Assembly: GCA_025210395.1 (NCBI GenBank)
Contig: JAOARV010000031.1
Coordinates: 66,646 to 106,645, forward strand
Direction: 5' to 3'
From: Marinisporobacter sp.
GTDB taxonomy: Bacteria > Bacillota > Clostridia > Peptostreptococcales > Thermotaleaceae
Length of the DNA stretch: 40,000 nucleotides
The notes beneath the pieces are model-generated. The model did no database searches and was not told the origin of the DNA. It worked only from the letters and a program-made list of their open reading frames with translations. Shown here in pieces: positions 35,954 to 40,000 of the stretch. A program made the position numbers and the translations under genes. The first letter of the stretch is position 1. Each line of letters begins with the position of its first letter.

Positions 35954-37105
35954 TTATTTATTTTCTAATTCATCACAAATTTTCTTTAAAGCTTCTACTG
36001 CTTTTTTTACATCTTCCTTTGTATTAAAATATCCTAAGCTAAATCTCACTGTCCCTTGCTCAAAGGTTCCCATTGTTTTATGTGCCATAGGTGCACAATG
36101 AAGACCTGAGCGAACAGCTATATTAAATACTTTATCTAATAGATAACTTACTTCTGATGAATCTTCATCTCCAATATTGATAGATATTACAGCTGCTTGC
36201 TTTTTAGCATCTACAGGACCATATATATTAATTCTATCAATTTTTTGTAACTCTAAAAGCATATGTTCTGTCAATGCTTCTTCATGTCTTTGAATTTTTT
36301 CTATTCCCTCTTTGAGAATAAATTCAATCCCTGCTCCTAATCCTACAATCCCTGGAGTATTTGGTGTTCCACTTTCATACCTATCTGGTACGATCTCTGG
36401 TTGAGTGAGCAACTCAGATTTGCTTCCTGTTCCGCCTTCCTTCATTTGCTGAAGAGCAATCCCTTCTCTGATATAAAGAAATCCTGTCCCTTGAGGTCCT
36501 AAGAGCCCTTTGTGTCCGGGAGTGGCAAGTAAATCTATATTCATTTTTTTTATATCTATATTGTATACCCCTGCTGTTTGTGCCGCATCTACTAAATATA
36601 ATATTTTGTTTTTCTTTGCAATTTTACCGATTTCCTCTATGGGCATAAGTGTTCCTGATACATTAGATGCATGCGTTGTAGCAATTAATTTAGTATTGTA
36701 TTTTATTTCCTTTTCTATAAGCTTTGGATCTATATTCCCTTTTTTATCACATGGAATAACCGTATGCTCCACACCTAATTTTTCAAGGGTCACAATTGGT
36801 CTTATCATAGAATTATGCTCCATGCTCGTTGTGATTACATGATCGCCTTCTTTTAGTATTCCCTTTAAAGCTAAGTTTAATGAATCCGTAGCATTACATG
36901 TAAAAATAATTTGCATAGGATTATCAATATTAAATAGTTTACAAATCAATTCCCTTGTCTTATAAATTGCTCTACCTGCTTCTAAAGCTAGTTTATGTCC
37001 AGATCTTCCAGGATTTGCTCCATATTCCCTCATACACTTATCCATAGCTACATATACACTTTCTGGCTTAGGGTAAGTAGTTGCAGCATTATCTAAATAA
37101 ATCAT
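35954..37105 (-). CDS. Aminotransferase class V / cysteine desulfurase family protein
   Basis: MIYLDNAATTYPKPESVYVAM...LLVDAAQTAGVYNIDI...LATPGHKGLLGPQGTGFLYI. Start set at MIYLD (37105). Confidence 0.92.
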   Translation of the reverse strand: MIYLDNAATTYPKPESVYVAMDKCMREYGANPGRSGHKLALEAGRAIYKTRELICKLFNIDNPMQIIFTCNATDSLNLALKGILKEGDHVITTSMEHNSMIRPIVTLEKLGVEHTVIPCDKKGNIDPKLIEKEIKYNTKLIATTHASNVSGTLMPIEEIGKIAKKNKILYLVDAAQTAGVYNIDIKKMNIDLLATPGHKGLLGPQGTGFLYIREGIALQQMKEGGTGSKSELLTQPEIVPDRYESGTPNTPGIVGLGAGIEFILKEGIEKIQRHEEALTEHMLLELQKIDRINIYGPVDAKKQAAVISINIGDEDSSEVSYLLDKVFNIAVRSGLHCAPMAHKTMGTFEQGTVRFSLGYFNTKEDVKKAVEALKKICDELENK

Positions 37106-37148
37106 TCTAACCCCCCATTCTATTTTCATTATCATTATATGCACTACT

Positions 37149-37164
37149 TGTTTCACATGAAACA
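37149..37164. promoter_or_regulatory. parS-like site (TGTTTCACATGAAACA)
   Basis: One mismatch to the consensus TGTTTCACGTGAAACA; lies at the artefactual MFHVKQ start of the aminotransferase frame. Confidence 0.8.
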
Positions 37165-37165
37165 A

Positions 37166-37480
37166 CTATATAGCTTGAGCTACAATAATAATATTTGTTA
37201 CTTTAAATATTTCTTTTAATAAGTTAAAATACTCTCTCATAATAATCGATCTGTGACTTTCTTTAGGCGTAATGATCATCATATCCTTTTTATGCCTTTT
37301 TATTTTTATTAAAACATTAAAATATTTTTCAAAATCTTTGTCTCCAATTTTCTGTTTTAATCTTTTAAAGTCTTCCTCTATATCTGTTCCTTTTACTCTT
37401 TCCTCCATAGGCGTAAACTTTTCCATATACACTTCCTTTGGAATATCTAGTATAGATTTCATGTATTCTTCTTCGTTCAT
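37166..37480 (-). CDS. Hypothetical protein with possible DnaA domain I-like region
   Basis: 104 aa; FKRLKQKIGDKDFEKYFNVLIKIKRHKKDMMIITPKESHRSIIMREYFNLLKEIFKVTNIIIVA. Confidence 0.5.
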   Translation of the reverse strand: MNEEEYMKSILDIPKEVYMEKFTPMEERVKGTDIEEDFKRLKQKIGDKDFEKYFNVLIKIKRHKKDMMIITPKESHRSIIMREYFNLLKEIFKVTNIIIVAQAI

Positions 37481-37786
37481 CCTTGTCCCTCCCTTTACTT
37501 CTGATTATATAGATTTTACCTTATGAAGCTTCATATTTTTTACGCATCCATCCAGTTTCATAAGAAATGTTACTGATCTTCTCTATTTATATTATATCAA
37601 ATGTAGCCAAGCAGTATTATAGATTTTTTCTATATTTCATGTAAAAAAATTCGCATTATGCTCCTGCATATGCTACTTTACACTACCTTGCTTTTTCTAA
37701 AATACATAGATATCATAAAAACAGTGTCTCCACGAAGCATAACAGGATCATCATAAATTGAATATATAAACGAGAAATCTATATTT

Positions 37787-38545
37787 CTAATCATATGAAT
37801 AAAATATACGAAAAAATAAAGAAACAATTAATATTCCTATCATTCCACTATTGATAAAAGTAACAATATAACTTCCAATAAATTTTAAATGTAGTCCTTC
37901 TAAAATCCAAATCATCCTATATATACTTATCCCCATGGTTATACAAAAAATAGAGAAATAATAAACCAATTTTGTTTTTGATGGAATATGATAAAAATTT
38001 CTTTTACCTAAATCTCTATTCCTATAAAAATATATGACTATAATCATAAATCCTATCAAAGTACTTCCGTGCTGAAAAAATTTATAAACAGGTATTTGAT
38101 AATCTATAAAACAAATATATTTTGTTAACAATGGAATTCTTTTAACAAACATTCCTCCATTATGAGTAAAGCCATCCCACAATACATGAGAAAACATGCC
38201 TGTAATTGCTGAGTAACCAAAAACAAAAAAATCTCTTATAGATTTTATAGCCCATCTACAATTGACCATATGGTGAAACCAACCGTCTATCGGTTTTGGC
38301 ATATTTAAAATAAAAGGCTTCTTTACAATATAATGAAATAGATAGGCAATCATGAAGCATAAGGGTAAATTTAAATAAAAAAATCCTTCTATTGTATGCC
38401 CTATGGTTCCCATAGGTTTAAACCTTAAAAAATATTCAAAATCTGGTGCCATACTTCCAAGAACCAAAGCTGTAAAATCAACATATTTATCAAACTTATT
38501 TTTTATAGGAATAACAATTGCTGGATGTGAAAATGTAAACGGCAT
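37787..38545 (-). CDS. DUF4184 family membrane protein
   Basis: 252 aa; MPFTFSHPAIVIPIKN...ALVLGSMAPDFEYFLRF. Confidence 0.88.
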   Translation of the reverse strand: MPFTFSHPAIVIPIKNKFDKYVDFTALVLGSMAPDFEYFLRFKPMGTIGHTIEGFFYLNLPLCFMIAYLFHYIVKKPFILNMPKPIDGWFHHMVNCRWAIKSIRDFFVFGYSAITGMFSHVLWDGFTHNGGMFVKRIPLLTKYICFIDYQIPVYKFFQHGSTLIGFMIIVIYFYRNRDLGKRNFYHIPSKTKLVYYFSIFCITMGISIYRMIWILEGLHLKFIGSYIVTFINSGMIGILIVSLFFRIFYSYD

Positions 38546-38576
38546 TCTAACTAACTCCCTTTCATTATTTGCATAT

Positions 38577-38600
38577 AAAAACCGCTGATGTTCAGCGGTT
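38577..38600 (-). terminator. Terminator downstream of parAB
   Basis: Minus strand AACCGCTGA-aca-TCAGCGGTTTTT. Confidence 0.75.
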
Positions 38601-38617
38601 CATTTATAGCTTCTTAA

Positions 38618-38633
38618 AGTTTCACGTGAAACT
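38618..38633. promoter_or_regulatory. parS-like site (AGTTTCACGTGAAACT)
   Basis: Perfect 14-bp core GTTTCACGTGAAAC immediately after the parB stop. Confidence 0.9.
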
Positions 38634-39503
38634 TTAATTCCCTTGTAATAGTTCTACTAATCTTTCTAACTCTTCATCACTATAATATTCTATCTCTATT
38701 TTACCTTTTTTCTTACCTTTTACAATATTTACTTTTGTTCCTAATCTAGTTTTTAAAGTATCTTCTATAAATATTAACGTATGATCCTTTTCTTTATTTC
38801 TTTTCTGTTTTTCTTCTTTATTTTCTATGATTTTTCCAACTAAGCTTTCAGTTTCTCTAACAGATAAATTGTTTTCAATAATTTTTTCACCTATTTGTTT
38901 TTGAATCTTAGGGTCTTCAATTCTTAACAATGCTCTAGCATGTCCATTTGATAATAAATTTTGTATAACCATTTCCCTAACTTCATCTGTAAGATTAAGA
39001 AGTCTTACTATATTAGCAATATAAGGTCTACTTTTTCCTATGCTTGATGATATTTGTTCTTGTGTTAATTGATAGGATTCTATTAAAGTTTTATATGCTA
39101 ACGCTTCCTCTATAGGATTTAAATCTTCTCTTTGTAAATTTTCAATGAGTGCAATTTCCATACGTCCTTTTTCATCTATATCTTTTATGATACATGGTAT
39201 TTCCTTAAGCCCTGCTTGTCTACAAGCTTTCCATCTTCTTTCTCCCGCTATAATCTCATATCCTTCTTCAATAGTTCTTACTACAATAGGCTGTAAAACA
39301 CCATGATTTTTAATAGACTCTGCTAATGTATCTAGCTTCTCTTGATTAAAATTTTTTCTTGGCTGATTCCTATTTGGTTTAATTTGATTGATATTAACTT
39401 GATCAATCTCTCCTTTAGGTTCTTTCTTTTTTTCTGTATCTGCATTTCTTTCAGGAATAAGGGCACTAAGACCTTTTCCCAAGCCACTTCTTTTTTTTGC
39501 CAA
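38634..39503 (-). CDS. parB: ParB/Spo0J chromosome partitioning protein
   Basis: 289 aa; NQPRKNFNQEKLDTLAESIKNHGVLQPIVVR...GERRWKA...ALIENLQREDLNPIEEA. Confidence 0.97.
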   Translation of the reverse strand: MAKKRSGLGKGLSALIPERNADTEKKKEPKGEIDQVNINQIKPNRNQPRKNFNQEKLDTLAESIKNHGVLQPIVVRTIEEGYEIIAGERRWKACRQAGLKEIPCIIKDIDEKGRMEIALIENLQREDLNPIEEALAYKTLIESYQLTQEQISSSIGKSRPYIANIVRLLNLTDEVREMVIQNLLSNGHARALLRIEDPKIQKQIGEKIIENNLSVRETESLVGKIIENKEEKQKRNKEKDHTLIFIEDTLKTRLGTKVNIVKGKKKGKIEIEYYSDEELERLVELLQGN

Positions 39504-40000
39504 TTATATCACATCCTCATCACTATCTTCTTCTAGGTATAAAAATTCATCTGCAAATTCAGAATATGCTTCTGCTCCTTTAGATTTTGGATCATATTCA
39601 ATAATAGATAAGCCATAACTAGGTGCTTCTGCTAATCGAACATTTCTAGGAATTAATGTCGTATATACTTTTCCTCTAAAATATTTTTTTACTTCATCAA
39701 CTACTTGTATAGAAAGATTGGTTCTTCCATCAAACATACTAAGGACTACTCCTTGAACTTCCAAATTGGAGTTTAAGCTTTCTCTTACAAGTTTAATGGT
39801 ATTCATTAATTGACTAACCCCTTCTAATGCATAATATTCACATTGAATAGGAATCATCACGCTATCTACAGCAGTTAATGAATTAATTGTTAAAAGTCCT
39901 AATGATGGTGGACAATCTATAAATACATAATCATATTCATTTTTCACTTGATCTATTGCTTTTTTTAGTCTTGTCTCTCTGCCTTCCATTCCTGTCATTT
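39504..40000 (-). CDS. parA: ParA/Soj ATPase, C-terminal part (truncated by window edge)
   Basis: VFIDCPPSLGLLTINSLTAVDSVMIPIQCEYYALEGVSQL; frame is open beyond 40000, so the track ATG at 39998 is internal. Confidence 0.95.
   Translation of the reverse strand, partial: MTGMEGRETRLKKAIDQVKNEYDYVFIDCPPSLGLLTINSLTAVDSVMIPIQCEYYALEGVSQLMNTIKLVRESLNSNLEVQGVVLSMFDGRTNLSIQVVDEVKKYFRGKVYTTLIPRNVRLAEAPSYGLSIIEYDPKSKGAEAYSEFADEFLYLEEDSDEDVI

Noticed and set aside
37106-37165. MFHVKQVVHIMIMKIEWGVR as the true N-terminus of the aminotransferase
   Set aside because: The MFHVKQ translation is the parS-like palindrome; the family conserved start is MIYLDNAATT.
39504-39998. 164-aa ORF as a complete small ATPase
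   Set aside because: The frame remains open to the window edge and the start is internal; it is the C-terminal part of ParA/Soj.
1-40000. CRISPR arrays, tRNA or rRNA genes, transposons
   Set aside because: Reading both strands gave no regularly spaced direct repeats, no cloverleaf/T-loop signatures and no transposase-like ORFs.

Overview
AT-rich Firmicutes/Clostridia-type chromosomal window. Left flank: MCP, DUF951, MscS, DUF3343, YedF-like, CvpA, YkvI-like, Na+/Ca2+ exchanger, EamA, HPr-like and PlsC genes. Right flank: ABC transporter, TspO, spore protein YyaC-like, YkuS-like, YegS-like kinase, DUF4446, class-V aminotransferase, ParB/ParA and two parS-like sites. Between plsC and the ABC transporter lies a capsid-less, minus-strand contractile-tail cluster of about 16.5 kb (approx. 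10.45-27.06 kb). It looks like a complete PBSX/diffocin-like R-type tailocin, not a prophage: sheath, tube, chaperone, tape-measure position, hub, baseplate, fibers, lysin and holin are present, but there is no terminase, portal, capsid or integrase. Most notable observations: (1) a LexA-like operator over an extended -10 promoter, followed by a duplicated ~67-bp promoter cassette with CC(G/A)-type boxes at 11-bp spacing, one copy before a sigma-like regulator gene and one before the structural operon, suggesting a two-step SOS/autoactivation cascade; (2) an unlisted downstream ORF reachable by -1 frameshift at an in-frame A_AAA_AAC heptamer in the tail chaperone gene; (3) two diverged gpJ/gpI baseplate modules with different fibers, separated by a terminator-like hairpin; (4) a putative tape-measure protein with a 333-nt in-frame tandem repeat; (5) a scaffold-like remnant gene at the head of the structural operon; (6) a decayed GntR-type regulator before an intact ABC transporter; (7) a ribosome binding site buried in a perfect 11-bp hairpin before a YkuS-like gene. 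No CRISPR, tRNA, rRNA or transposase was recognised. All family assignments are from recall of protein motifs, with no database search.
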